Source: a virus (lineage: Duplodnaviria; Caudoviricetes). From it: a DNA stretch of 64,000 nt. The DNA is taken from the IMG/VR virus record IMGVR_UViG_3300044477_000030, positions 1 to 64,000 of that record, one strand, 5' to 3'. The translations under genes were made by a program, and so were the position numbers. The notes under the pieces were generated by a model. The model had not been told where the DNA came from. It saw only the letters and a program-made list of their open reading frames with translations, and ran no database searches. Positions 46,464-55,130 of the stretch are shown here, one piece after another; the stretch's first letter is position 1; the number at the start of each line of letters is the position of its first letter.

Positions 46464-47487
46464 CGTCGTTCCACTTGTGGCATATTTCAGAATCGCATTC
46501 GAATCTGTTTAAAAATTGCCATTATTCGTTTTCTCTAATATCGTCCATTTTCAGATGGTTTTCTTCCATTTCCAACAATCTATCAACAAAAATCCGCTGG
46601 CCGACATTCCCAAAATTTTTTTTCACAAAAATCGAGCTCCAAAAATCGTGAACATACCCCCATCGGTGAGATTTTTTCCACCCCCAAATACCCACTTTAC
46701 AGCCCATTGGCCAAAACTACCCCACTTAGGTAGCCAAAAGGTAGTAAAGTAGGCTAAAATCGGCCTCCTTTTGCCCGGTTTCATGCCTCCCCGATCCCCA
46801 TCCACCCATCTGCCGGTCTCCTTCTCCCGATTCCAGGCATCCAGCGGCCAGTTTCCCATATCCCAATCCTCCCCGTCTCCCCCATACGGGCTTCCTGTGG
46901 TCAGTTTTCTGGTTTCTGGGCTCTGGCGCGCTCTGCGGGGCGGGAATCTGGGGATAAGGTAACTAGGGTCTGGGATAAAATCCGCTGGGGATGAATGAAA
47001 GTATGGTCTGGACACGGAGTGGTGCGATAGGAGGCCCAAATACCCCCAATACCCCCAAAAACAAAACCACCTACATCTTCCCAAGTTGTTCATCCACCAA
47101 TTTCCCAATCCCCCAAAACATCCCAAGATATAGGAATCTTTTTACTAGGAACTATTTGCCGGTTCGGTTTGGCTTGGATAGGTAGAATTTGCTGGATTGA
47201 GCAGCTTTTGCACTTATGCCCTTGGAATTTATGCTATATTAAGCCTTTTGCCTATTGTGTGCCTTCAATCTGTGCCATATTGGGCAATATGCTATCCATT
47301 GCCTTTGGATCCATGGTATGTTTGGCGCTTTGCAGTGCTATACCTTTTGGCCCTATCCTTTGGAGTGCATAATAATGAAAGCTATTTAGTAGATTTGGCT
47401 ATCCTATGCCTATTATCTTTGATTTGCGGGCCTTTTGTATTTGGGTTATAGGATAATGTCTATGATAGTTCTTTGTTGTATAGACGC

Positions 47488-47519
47488 AAAAAAAGGATAC
47501 CTTTGTTTTGGTATCCTTT
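47488..47519 (-). terminator. Rho-independent terminator
   Basis: AAAGGATACC/GGTATCCTTT 10-bp stem with T run on the - strand. Confidence 0.85.
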
Positions 47520-47539
47520 GGAGTTGGTTTTTCATTGGG

Positions 47540-47776
47540 TTAATTTGGCATCCCCTTTGATAGTTTCCTAAGAATATCTGAAGGAATGTACTTTCTTTTG
47601 TGGGAATTGTATTTTCCCTCATTGCCTTTTATTGGAATCCATTGGAGCTTATACATTTGCGCCCAAGATAGATTTGACCCTTTGCAAATATCCAAGGCCC
47701 AAAACAAAATAGCTTTGTGCTCTGGAAACGAATAATTCTCAATTTCCCCTTTTATTCTATCTTTGTCGAATTTCAT
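47540..47776 (-). CDS. Small early-type hypothetical protein
   Basis: ATGA overlap; last gene before the terminator. Confidence 0.6.
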   Translation of the reverse strand: MKFDKDRIKGEIENYSFPEHKAILFWALDICKGSNLSWAQMYKLQWIPIKGNEGKYNSHKRKYIPSDILRKLSKGMPN

Positions 47777-48036
47777 TGTTTGACCTCTTCGAAGACGTAA
47801 CCTTTCACCTTTTGTTCCTCAATCGAAAGTCTTTTAAGTGTTCTTTGGGTTATTAGTCCGTGTTTTCCGTTTGCTTCGATTGAGTAGATTTGGGCGTCCT
47901 TGTCAATGGTGTACACTTTGAAGCTCGACATAGTTTGACCGAAAAAGCGCAAAGTTTGGCGACTGAAGAAATATTCTCCCAAATTTGAAGAATACTTAAT
48001 GTCCGAAATTGTGGGCTTTCCATGTTGCAAGCTCAT
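47773..48036 (-). CDS. Small early-type hypothetical protein
   Basis: AGGAG RBS; YFFSRQTLRFFG motif of a recurrent phage early-gene family. Confidence 0.7.
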   Translation of the reverse strand: MSLQHGKPTISDIKYSSNLGEYFFSRQTLRFFGQTMSSFKVYTIDKDAQIYSIEANGKHGLITQRTLKRLSIEEQKVKGYVFEEVKQ

Positions 48037-48038
48037 AT

Positions 48039-48425
48039 TCAACACTCCTGGAAAAGTTCCAATTCTTGTCTTGACATCAAAGAAAGTATTCTTTTTGTGT
48101 TTTCTGCTATTTTTTGATATGTATTGAATGCATTGATTGAATCATTTGAATAGCCGCAATCATCGCAAAAATCATTAAAAGAACAATCGGCCAAAGAAGT
48201 ATCCAAAGCTAAACATTCCAAAAGATCTTCAATCTTTGGACGTTCTTTTCTTCCTTTTCCAGTAAAGAACTCAAACTTTTGAGAATTCCCCATTATTCCA
48301 TTTTTGGAAAGCTCAAATATCCAAGCGTTGGAATTTGGGAAATTTTCGTTTATTACTTCAGTTGGACGAATTTTCCAATTCAAGGCATTCAAAACAGATT
48401 CTTTTGTGCAATTTGCGTTTTTCAT
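48039..48425 (-). CDS. Small early-type hypothetical protein
   Basis: P.IEDLLECL...SFNDFCDDCGYSNDS motif of a recurrent phage family; AAGGA RBS. Confidence 0.75.
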   Translation of the reverse strand: MKNANCTKESVLNALNWKIRPTEVINENFPNSNAWIFELSKNGIMGNSQKFEFFTGKGRKERPKIEDLLECLALDTSLADCSFNDFCDDCGYSNDSINAFNTYQKIAENTKRILSLMSRQELELFQEC

Positions 48426-48445
48426 GGTTTTAGTCCTTTTTGATG

Positions 48446-48646
48446 TTAAAATCCAACATAAACATAATAAACCGAAAAATCCTCATACTCCTCAAATTTT
48501 CCCATATCGGCTTGGTAATTTTGGAGAATTTGAGCTATTTTGGATTGTTTTGGTAGTCCTCCTACTATTTCCACCATAAGCCTAGAAATATAGGATTCTG
48601 TCAATTCGTCAGCCTCGTTCCATTTACTGAAAATTCTAAACAACAT
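48446..48646 (-). CDS. Small hypothetical protein
   Basis: AGGAG RBS before ATG 48646. Confidence 0.5.
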   Translation of the reverse strand: MLFRIFSKWNEADELTESYISRLMVEIVGGLPKQSKIAQILQNYQADMGKFEEYEDFSVYYVYVGF

Positions 48647-48656
48647 AAAAATTCTC

Positions 48657-49025
48657 CTATTTGCCAAAAAATAACTTTCTAAGTTCCTTAGTACTTCTTA
48701 TTTCGACGCATTGGACAACGTCATAAGAGTAAAATTCATCTTGCCATTCTTCCTTTTGTTCTTCGGTATATTTTGGATTTTCATTCTCAAACTTCTCAAA
48801 CTCCATTTCCTCAAATTGGGTTATTGCTTCTTCGTCACAAGAACCAAAAACTAAATTAGTCCCATAGACCCCTTGCAAGGCATAAAGTTTATCATTCCAA
48901 CATTTGTACTTTGTGATGTATTTCAGTGAATAAACCAAATCACCAAAAGAATCAATAAAGGGAAAACGAATTTTTACAGAAATTGGGTATTTTGGTTCCT
49001 TGCCACAAATAAATAGAGTAAACAT
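48657..49025 (-). CDS. Hypothetical protein
   Basis: GAGG RBS; acidic 122 aa. Confidence 0.7.
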   Translation of the reverse strand: MFTLFICGKEPKYPISVKIRFPFIDSFGDLVYSLKYITKYKCWNDKLYALQGVYGTNLVFGSCDEEAITQFEEMEFEKFENENPKYTEEQKEEWQDEFYSYDVVQCVEIRSTKELRKLFFGK

Positions 49026-49102
49026 GAAAACCTCTTGCTAAAGGTAACAAAGCGCAAAGACAATAGGAAAAAGGTAAATCAATGCGGCATACATGGAAAA
49101 CC

Positions 49103-49231
49103 TCAAAAGGTTAAAAAGAGAAAATGGAATTCTAGGGACTCTTTAGGCATTGGCTTTTTTGGGCCTTTGAAAGCGCAAAAAACACAAGCAAGTCCAAACA
49201 ATACAAAAGGAACGCTAATGAATAAAATCAT
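49103..49231 (-). CDS. Small membrane peptide (42 aa)
   Basis: TAATG overlap with the upstream stop; MILFISVPFVLFGLACVF. Confidence 0.35.
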   Translation of the reverse strand: MILFISVPFVLFGLACVFCAFKGPKKPMPKESLEFHFLFLTF

Positions 49232-49467
49232 TATGCTACCACAAAGAGAATGTTTTCCAGCTCTTCAGAAATTCCGCTTTCCCCGAAAATTTCTTCGAAA
49301 CTTTGGGAAATTGCTTCTTTGTCGATAGTTGGAACATTTCCGGTGCATTCGGCAATTTTTGCCGCGACATAGTTAGCAATTCCAAAAGCCACATTATTTT
49401 CTATGGCAACTGCCATAGAATTTTCCAGTTCTTGATTATGCATTATCGATAGATTGATGTGCGTCAT
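49231..49467 (-). CDS. Small hypothetical protein
   Basis: GAGGA RBS; downstream of the sigma54-like promoter at 49502-49518. Confidence 0.65.
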   Translation of the reverse strand: MTHINLSIMHNQELENSMAVAIENNVAFGIANYVAAKIAECTGNVPTIDKEAISQSFEEIFGESGISEELENILFVVA

Positions 49468-49501
49468 AGATTTAATCCTCTTTTGCGGTCATCCCATATA
49501 T

Positions 49502-49518
49502 AGCTAAGTCCGTGCCGT
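49502..49518 (-). promoter_or_regulatory. Sigma54-like -24/-12 promoter P3
   Basis: - strand ACGGCACGGACTTAGCT, GG-N10-GC spacing, 35 nt before ATG 49467. Confidence 0.55.
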
Positions 49519-49818
49519 TTGCCAAGTGCTATATATGGGCCTCTATATATCCCCACAAAAATGCGTTGTCCAACTTTGCTCTTGTGTGGGCAAATATTTC
49601 TTACACTAGGATTTTAGGCAAAAGTTTAATAACTTGAGATTCTTGATCTCAAATAAAAGCTCAAATCTACTATCATTTGGAATAATGGTGTTTAAAGCTC
49701 AAAATCCTCATTTAGAAAATGTATGTCATTCGTCGGAAAAAAAGCGGAACTTTTCGTTCCATCTAATTTCTAAAGTTATTAAAAGAACATTAAAAAAAAC
49801 TAAAAAGTTGGCTAAATT

Positions 49819-49973
49819 TGCGCAGAATAGCCGAAAAAATTATCGTAACTTTTTGTTTCATCAAATAACTAAAAGTTCTCCACTTTATAGGAAATTTCCT
49901 CAAATAGTTTTGTTTTCTGCGCAGAATAGCCGAAAAAATTATCGTAACTTTTTGTTCCATCAAATAACTAAAA
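49819..49973. repeat. 56-bp direct repeat x2 (period 99 bp)
   Basis: TGCGCAGAATAGCCGAAAAAATTATCGTAACTTTTTGTTYCATCAAATAACTAAAA at 49819-49874 and 49918-49973, one mismatch. Confidence 0.95.
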
Positions 49974-49999
49974 ACTGGACTATTCTACAATAGTCCTTT

Positions 50000-50022
50000 T
50001 CGGCATGGAATTTGATTATACT
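50000..50022 (+). promoter_or_regulatory. Variant sigma54-like promoter P4 (GA instead of GC at -12)
   Basis: TCGGCATGGAATTTGATTATACT, same GGCAYG core as P1-P3; points into non-coding DNA. Confidence 0.35.
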
Positions 50023-50183
50023 CTTTTAGTCATACCTTGGATTTAAGCTAAAGAAGCTAAGGCACTATTCTCATTTGGTATAGTGCTATTTAGCTCAAAT
50101 TGCTCAAATCCATGGTCAAAGTTCTCAAGTTCCTATAAATACTAAAGTTGGTTTGGCGTCACGGGGCCAAGTGCAGCTAACCC

Positions 50184-50253
50184 CGATTGACGATTGACGA
50201 TTGACGATTGACGATTGACGATTGACGATTGACGATTGACGATTGATGATTGA
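50184..50253. repeat. Heptamer tandem array (CGATTGA)9 plus one degenerate unit
   Basis: Read directly; abuts the stop codon of 50257-50442. Confidence 0.97.
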
Positions 50254-50256
50254 TGA

Positions 50257-50442
50257 TCATTCCTTCCTTTCTCTTTTCTTCACAATTCGATAAGGGTATT
50301 GTGGCATATTGACAAGATAATCCCTTTTCACCTTTTTTGCCTCTTGCCAAGTCCCTTCAGTGCAAACGCATTCCCACCCATTTCCAAATCCGTAATTACA
50401 CTGAAGCTCGAATACATCAATGGTTTTCCTTGTGTATTTCAT
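50257..50442 (-). CDS. Small conserved phage protein
   Basis: RKT.D.FELQCNYG.G.GWEC...E motif of a recurrent phage family; AAGG RBS. Confidence 0.75.
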   Translation of the reverse strand: MKYTRKTIDVFELQCNYGFGNGWECVCTEGTWQEAKKVKRDYLVNMPQYPYRIVKKRERKE

Positions 50443-50678
50443 TTGGATACCTTCCCTTTCTTTTCCTCTTCAAAAGTTGCTGCTATTCTTGGGCGGTCAT
50501 AGATGCCCATTTTCAAATCCTTTGGAGTAAACCCAAGCCAAATATGTTCATTCCCCAATCTAAAAAGATTGTGAATATTGCATATGTCAATAGCCCTTTC
50601 GATGGTTATTCCCTTTTGTTCCAAGAATTCAGTTCTTTGACCGTTTTCGTACAATGTTGCCATTCTTAGCGTTCCCAT
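50439..50678 (-). CDS. Small hypothetical protein
   Basis: AGAGGA RBS; ATGA overlap. Confidence 0.65.
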   Translation of the reverse strand: MGTLRMATLYENGQRTEFLEQKGITIERAIDICNIHNLFRLGNEHIWLGFTPKDLKMGIYDRPRIAATFEEEKKGKVSK

Positions 50679-50707
50679 TGTGCTATCCTCTTTTGATTTG
50701 CAGCTAA

Positions 50708-51430
50708 CTACTTAGCAATTTCCGTTCCATTTTCTTCCTGCAATTCTTTCCAGTATTCAGGTATCAATTCGCAATGGTAATACTGGTCAATGTACAAATC
50801 TTCGCAATAATAGTAGAAATTGATATTGGCAAAATCGTGCAAATCTTCGCCCTTTTCCTTCCAAATGATGTAATGCAATGCCGTGCCAAGGCAATAATCA
50901 ATTTTATCATCCAAGGCAAGGGCATGGAACCAATCGTATTCATCATGAGGAACAAAGGAAATAAAACCGTCACGGCTTTTCCAAGTATCATGCAACCAAG
51001 CAAAAAATGCCGTATTTCCCAAGGCGAATTTTTTCAGTTCCTTGCGAATTTTCCGTACATCACAATGGACGGTAAAATCCATTTCATCCCCTTGGAAGTT
51101 GTATTCCTTTGGGCTCCAATGGGATTTATATTCGATCTTTTCAATGGACGGGAACGCATTCTTCCAATGTTCCAAACAGTTTTCTTCCAAGTAGGAAATT
51201 GCACGCTTGCAAATGTCCTGAAGATAATCGGAGAATTCAAACTTTCCACCGATTACCTTTTCGATAATCTTTTTATGGAACTCTTCAGGAATTTCCCCAT
51301 AGTTTCCATTCTCCAAATCTTCCTTTAGGTTATATTCAAATCTATCATCCTCTAATGCATCGAAATAAGTGCCATAGGTGGAAACGCTAACAACACGGCA
51401 TATTCCAGTGTTCAATTCGATCTTTTTCAT
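50708..51430 (-). CDS. Hypothetical protein (240 aa, acidic/aromatic)
   Basis: SPKEYNFQGD, W.SRDGFISF motifs; downstream of promoter P2. Confidence 0.8.
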   Translation of the reverse strand: MKKIELNTGICRVVSVSTYGTYFDALEDDRFEYNLKEDLENGNYGEIPEEFHKKIIEKVIGGKFEFSDYLQDICKRAISYLEENCLEHWKNAFPSIEKIEYKSHWSPKEYNFQGDEMDFTVHCDVRKIRKELKKFALGNTAFFAWLHDTWKSRDGFISFVPHDEYDWFHALALDDKIDYCLGTALHYIIWKEKGEDLHDFANINFYYYCEDLYIDQYYHCELIPEYWKELQEENGTEIAK

Positions 51431-51463
51431 TTGATACCTTCTTTTTGATTGATGTAAGTATTA

Positions 51464-51480
51464 AGCTAGATTCATGCCAA
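51464..51480 (-). promoter_or_regulatory. Sigma54-like -24/-12 promoter P2
   Basis: - strand TTGGCATGAATCTAGCT, GG-N10-GC. Confidence 0.6.
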
Positions 51481-51651
51481 TCCCAATCCCTTTATTTCGA
51501 CGAATCGGGAAGGCACCACCTGGAATTATTTGCCCCATGGGAAATACTTGCCTGCAATTTATACCCGCATGAACGAAACGAAAACGAAAGGCAAGAGGAT
51601 AGGGCAAAATTGGATGAGCAAAATGGTAGCAACAATTTTCCAAATCATAGT

Positions 51652-51933
51652 TTACTCCTTTATCCCAAAGAATGCCTTGATTGTTTTCCAGTTCTCTACA
51701 TTCTTGTCCGTGCAAATCATGAGAAAACCATTTTTTATTTCGGTATATTGCCAAGGCATTTCGGGCGGAAATTCGGCTGCTACCATGTTCTCCATTCCCG
51801 ACATATCATAATGCCAACTCAAAATCTTTGTTTTCTTCAAATGAGTCGAATGTACGGAAATTCGAGAACCCTTGGTGTTCGTTGCCCCAAGATACTTGAT
51901 TTCAAGGCTTTGCGCATTGTATATTGGTTGCAT
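51652..51933 (-). CDS. Small conserved phage protein
   Basis: I..KYLGATNTKGSRI motif of a recurrent phage early family; AGGAG RBS. Confidence 0.75.
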   Translation of the reverse strand: MQPIYNAQSLEIKYLGATNTKGSRISVHSTHLKKTKILSWHYDMSGMENMVAAEFPPEMPWQYTEIKNGFLMICTDKNVENWKTIKAFFGIKE

Positions 51934-51937
51934 GGTA

Positions 51938-52129
51938 TCATTCTCCTTTTGTCCAGAAGTTCCCAAGTGTTAATCCCCTTCCCGTGGACTTAATCGGGAA
52001 TTGGGATGCCCTTTTTCCAAGATCGAAAATCCCCTTGGATTGTTGATAGGCTTGAATCAATGCTTCTTTAGCGGGAAGATTGAAAATCAATTCTTCCATG
52101 GTGTTAGTGTTGAATACTTTTGTTTGCAT
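51938..52129 (-). CDS. Small hypothetical protein
   Basis: AAGGA RBS; LPAKEALIQAY. Confidence 0.65.
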   Translation of the reverse strand: MQTKVFNTNTMEELIFNLPAKEALIQAYQQSKGIFDLGKRASQFPIKSTGRGLTLGNFWTKGE

Positions 52130-52272
52130 TTGAAATCCTTTGGCTTAATAACCGAAATAGATTACTATTGACTGACGGGAATGGTTGAAAGTGAATGAGT
52201 GTAGAAACTTTGGGCTTTCTTCCCTGAAGGCCCAAAAATTCCCATATGAATCGAAATAGGCACTTAGCAGCA

Positions 52273-52587
52273 TCAAGTCAAGACCCATTTAATAGATTCA
52301 AAATCCTTTCTCGAAAGCGGAAACTTTTCAGCCTTATTGTAAACAAAAGCCAAAACATTTTGCCCTATACCGTCATGATTCACACTCTTTGGTCTCTCAT
52401 TCCATGCAGTCAACATTTTCAAGGCGATTACTTTCGAGTCCTCGTCTCTCAAATAGATATATCCGGCGTCGTTTGCTTTCAGATAATCGAGGCAAGCAAC
52501 ATACACGGCCAATGGGCCTTTCCCCTTTGCATCCTTGATTTCCTGCAATTCTGCAATTTCCTTGATTCTTGTCTTTGTGATGCTCAT
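52273..52587 (-). CDS. Hypothetical protein
   Basis: AAGGAAGGA RBS; downstream of promoter P1. Confidence 0.7.
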   Translation of the reverse strand: MSITKTRIKEIAELQEIKDAKGKGPLAVYVACLDYLKANDAGYIYLRDEDSKVIALKMLTAWNERPKSVNHDGIGQNVLAFVYNKAEKFPLSRKDFESIKWVLT

Positions 52588-52620
52588 TCGATCCTTCCTT
52601 TTGAGTGATGCAAAGTATTA

Positions 52621-52637
52621 AGCTAGATTCGTGCCAA
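52621..52637 (-). promoter_or_regulatory. Sigma54-like -24/-12 promoter P1
   Basis: - strand TTGGCACGAATCTAGCT with perfect TGGCACG -24 box, GG-N10-GC. Confidence 0.6.
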
Positions 52638-52780
52638 TTCAAAATGGGCTAATTTGCGCATTTTCCGCATTCATTGCAGGCAATTTCTTCCAATGGGCAA
52701 AACTTTCCTTTCTATTCCAATTTGGACTATATTTCTTGCCTAAAATATCTCAATCTTCCATATAACACAAATCTGGAAAC

Positions 52781-52815
52781 AAAGAAAAAAGGCCACGGGA
52801 TTTTGTCCCATGGCC
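52781..52815 (-). terminator. Rho-independent terminator after the sigma gene and heptamer array
   Basis: GGCCATGGGA-CAAAA-TCCCGTGGCC followed by TTTTTTCTTT. Confidence 0.85.
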
Positions 52816-52820
52816 GTATG

Positions 52821-52881
52821 CGATTGACGATTGACGATTGACGATTGACGATTGACGATTGACGATTGACGATTGACGATT
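52821..52881. repeat. Heptamer tandem array (CGATTGA)8 plus a partial unit
   Basis: Read directly; overlaps the TAA stop of 52880-53386. Confidence 0.97.
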
Positions 52882-53386
52882 ATGCAAACTCATATGCCAG
52901 TTCGCAGGCCAGGTTCTTGCGAATCTTACGATAGAGTTCCTTGTGCATACCCACTGGCCGTCCGAGTCCCTGGGCGATGTTGGAGACCACTTCCGCATCC
53001 TCTGGAGATAGAGTGGAGATTAATGATTCAAGTTCGAGCTGCTTGAATGCAGGATCTTCTACGCCAATGCGGTCTTCGAGAGTTTGAATGTGGCCTTCGT
53101 CGCAGAATCCAACTTCCGTGCTCATCTGGAGAGTATCGGCGTTGATTTGGTTTTCCGCGCTCTTTGGATTGGCCATGTGAGAAAGACGCATCAGGGAGAA
53201 ACCAAGGTGGGAACTGAATGATGCCTGGGAAGGATCGAATGTGGCGCACGCATTCATGAAGAGTACATTGGCCTGGGACTTGCAATCATCGAGAGCGATG
53301 CCGTACTTAACATGGGCCTGCCATGCCTTCTGGTTGATCATTCTCTCAAATTGACGATAGAGCTTGTTCATTTGTGTGGTTTCCAT
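52880..53386 (-). CDS. Sigma70-family (region 2-like) RNA polymerase sigma factor, short
   Basis: LYRQFERMI..KA......DDCKSQA..LF..A..TFDPSQASFS resembles region 2; LSPEDAEVV start of region 4. Confidence 0.6.
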   Translation of the reverse strand: METTQMNKLYRQFERMINQKAWQAHVKYGIALDDCKSQANVLFMNACATFDPSQASFSSHLGFSLMRLSHMANPKSAENQINADTLQMSTEVGFCDEGHIQTLEDRIGVEDPAFKQLELESLISTLSPEDAEVVSNIAQGLGRPVGMHKELYRKIRKNLACELAYEFA

Positions 53387-53414
53387 GGTGATCTCCTTTG
53401 TTTGTTTTGCTTAT

Positions 53415-53450
53415 GAAACAAAAATACACCCCGTTTCCGAGGTGCGTATC
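53415..53450 (-). terminator. Terminator after primase
   Basis: ATACGCACCTCG-GAAA-CGGGGTGTAT imperfect hairpin followed by TTTTGTTT. Confidence 0.6.
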
Positions 53451-53482
53451 ATTTTTTTTTCAAGCCAATAGTCCAAGTCGGA

Positions 53483-54406
53483 CTAATAGAGATCCAACCG
53501 CAGTTCCTCGGCCTCTTTCTCTGTCAAATCGCCACAATCCCTGGGCTCTCCCTTCGCATTCAATCCGAAATCTGCTTCCACCACACTTGCGGATCTCCCG
53601 CAGGCTGCAAGCTCGCGGGCATAGGACAATGCCTTGGCCTGGGCTTCTGGCTCCGGGTCGAATAGAAAGATGATCTCATCCCAATTGGAAAGCAGGCGGA
53701 TCTGTGCGTTGGTCATAGAGGTGCCATAGGAGCACGCAAATCCCCTTCCCATGCGCCAGGCATCAAAGATACCCTCCACAACAACAATGCGCCTGGAGGT
53801 GGCCAAATGCGCCCCGTAGAGGGTTTCTTTATAATGCATGAGGCATTTTTCCACGGATGGGAACTTGTACCGGTGCTCTTGCTTGTTGGTGATGTCGCGC
53901 CCTTGCCAAGCCACGATTCGTCCATGGAGATCGTGCAGAGGAATAATGATGCGCAGTTGGCAGTCCTCGCCCTCCCAATATTCCATTGGGCCAGTGCCGA
54001 GGATTCCGTATTCGGAGGTCAGGTGATCTGGATCGAAGCCACGACCTTCTATGTATCTGCGATGCCGTTCATTCAATGGCTCGCCTGGAATGGTAATTGA
54101 CGATCGGTATGTGATCTGCTCCTTGACTTGTAGAACCGATTTGCCTTGTCCATCGTTATATTGCTCAATAATGTCCTCTGCTTCGGAATCTGCCACATGG
54201 AGTAGTTTTACGATTAACGATTTGAGTGATCCAGATTTGCAGCGCCAACAAGACACCGATCCGCTTCGAGGATTGACTCCGAGGTGATTTGATCTATCCG
54301 AACAAAAGGGACAACGAATGTGAACGTGGCCCTCGCGTACATTCTTTCCTGCCGTCCAGCATTGGATCTGGTTGTCTCTGAAGAATCTGTATGCGTCGAA
54401 GCTCAT
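53483..54406 (-). CDS. DnaG-like primase (Zn finger plus TOPRIM)
   Basis: CPFC...H...CWRC zinc finger; IIIP...AWQGR; VVEGIFD and FDP TOPRIM motifs. Confidence 0.88.
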   Translation of the reverse strand: MSFDAYRFFRDNQIQCWTAGKNVREGHVHIRCPFCSDRSNHLGVNPRSGSVSCWRCKSGSLKSLIVKLLHVADSEAEDIIEQYNDGQGKSVLQVKEQITYRSSITIPGEPLNERHRRYIEGRGFDPDHLTSEYGILGTGPMEYWEGEDCQLRIIIPLHDLHGRIVAWQGRDITNKQEHRYKFPSVEKCLMHYKETLYGAHLATSRRIVVVEGIFDAWRMGRGFACSYGTSMTNAQIRLLSNWDEIIFLFDPEPEAQAKALSYARELAACGRSASVVEADFGLNAKGEPRDCGDLTEKEAEELRLDLY

Positions 54407-54699
54407 TAATAAAAATGCCCATTCAAATTATTAATTAACAAAATGAGATCTTTGTCTTCTGGATATTTCTTCGTCAAAGATCTTAGCGCTGTCCGTATCT
54501 CTTCTCGGGTTGGAAAAAACTTTTCTTCCAGTGATCGTCTCGCATTACCAATCGCATCTTCAAGCTGACAAGGCTCAATACAAGAACCATGAAATACCGC
54601 AACCGATAGCTCACATTTCATGGTAGCAGTCACCTTGCTAACACCCGGAGCCGTCGGCCCGATCACATCGAACGAAACCCATTGATCAATCACACTCAT
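54406..54699 (-). CDS. Hypothetical protein
   Basis: TAATG and ATGA couplings. Confidence 0.6.
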   Translation of the reverse strand: MSVIDQWVSFDVIGPTAPGVSKVTATMKCELSVAVFHGSCIEPCQLEDAIGNARRSLEEKFFPTREEIRTALRSLTKKYPEDKDLILLINNLNGHFY

Positions 54700-55130
54700 A
54701 AGTCCTCCAAAGGTTTGCTGAAAAAGTCATAAGCATCGGACACATCTGTGTTGATACGGTTTGGCGTATTGCGCGATTGGCGCAGGCACTTGGGAATCCT
54801 GGCCTTGTTCTCGTCTTCGAGCTTCCATCTTCCCTTCGTAAACACACCCTTGTTGATCTCTTCATCGCCGAATGGAACGGGATACACATCCCAATAGATG
54901 CGCTTCTTGATCAGTCCTAGATTTTGCAAGCGCTCGAACTTATGCCGCGCCTGGTAATATGTGCCACCCTCAACACTCTGAAGTTGCTTGTAACTAAAAG
55001 TAGGATGCGTCTTGAGATAATCGTAGAGCTTGCGCAGATATGGTGGAAGGCTGACACCATCCCACAACGCAGGGACGGCGACGCCTTTGCGCTTCTTGTT
55101 GTATCTAGTGGGATCGTACTTCTTTGCCAT
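54696..55130 (-). CDS. Putative winged-HTH DNA-binding protein
   Basis: LRKLYDYL...FSY..L......YQAR...ERLQNLGLI pattern; GGAG RBS. Confidence 0.55.
   Translation of the reverse strand: MAKKYDPTRYNKKRKGVAVPALWDGVSLPPYLRKLYDYLKTHPTFSYKQLQSVEGGTYYQARHKFERLQNLGLIKKRIYWDVYPVPFGDEEINKGVFTKGRWKLEDENKARIPKCLRQSRNTPNRINTDVSDAYDFFSKPLEDL

Noticed and set aside
46623-47451. Short ORFs in the 46.5-47.5 kb region
   Set aside because: Low-complexity products, no RBS or promoter motif, and the region is enclosed by convergent terminators.
50184-52881. CRISPR arrays (also considered for 58332-58643 and 49819-49973)
   Set aside because: The repeats are contiguous or only two copies, with no unique spacers and no cas genes.
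52750-52998. ORF with NRQSSIV repeats (also 58138-58662 with RRSRWN repeats)
   Set aside because: Translations of the heptamer array and of the antisense strand of the octapeptide gene.
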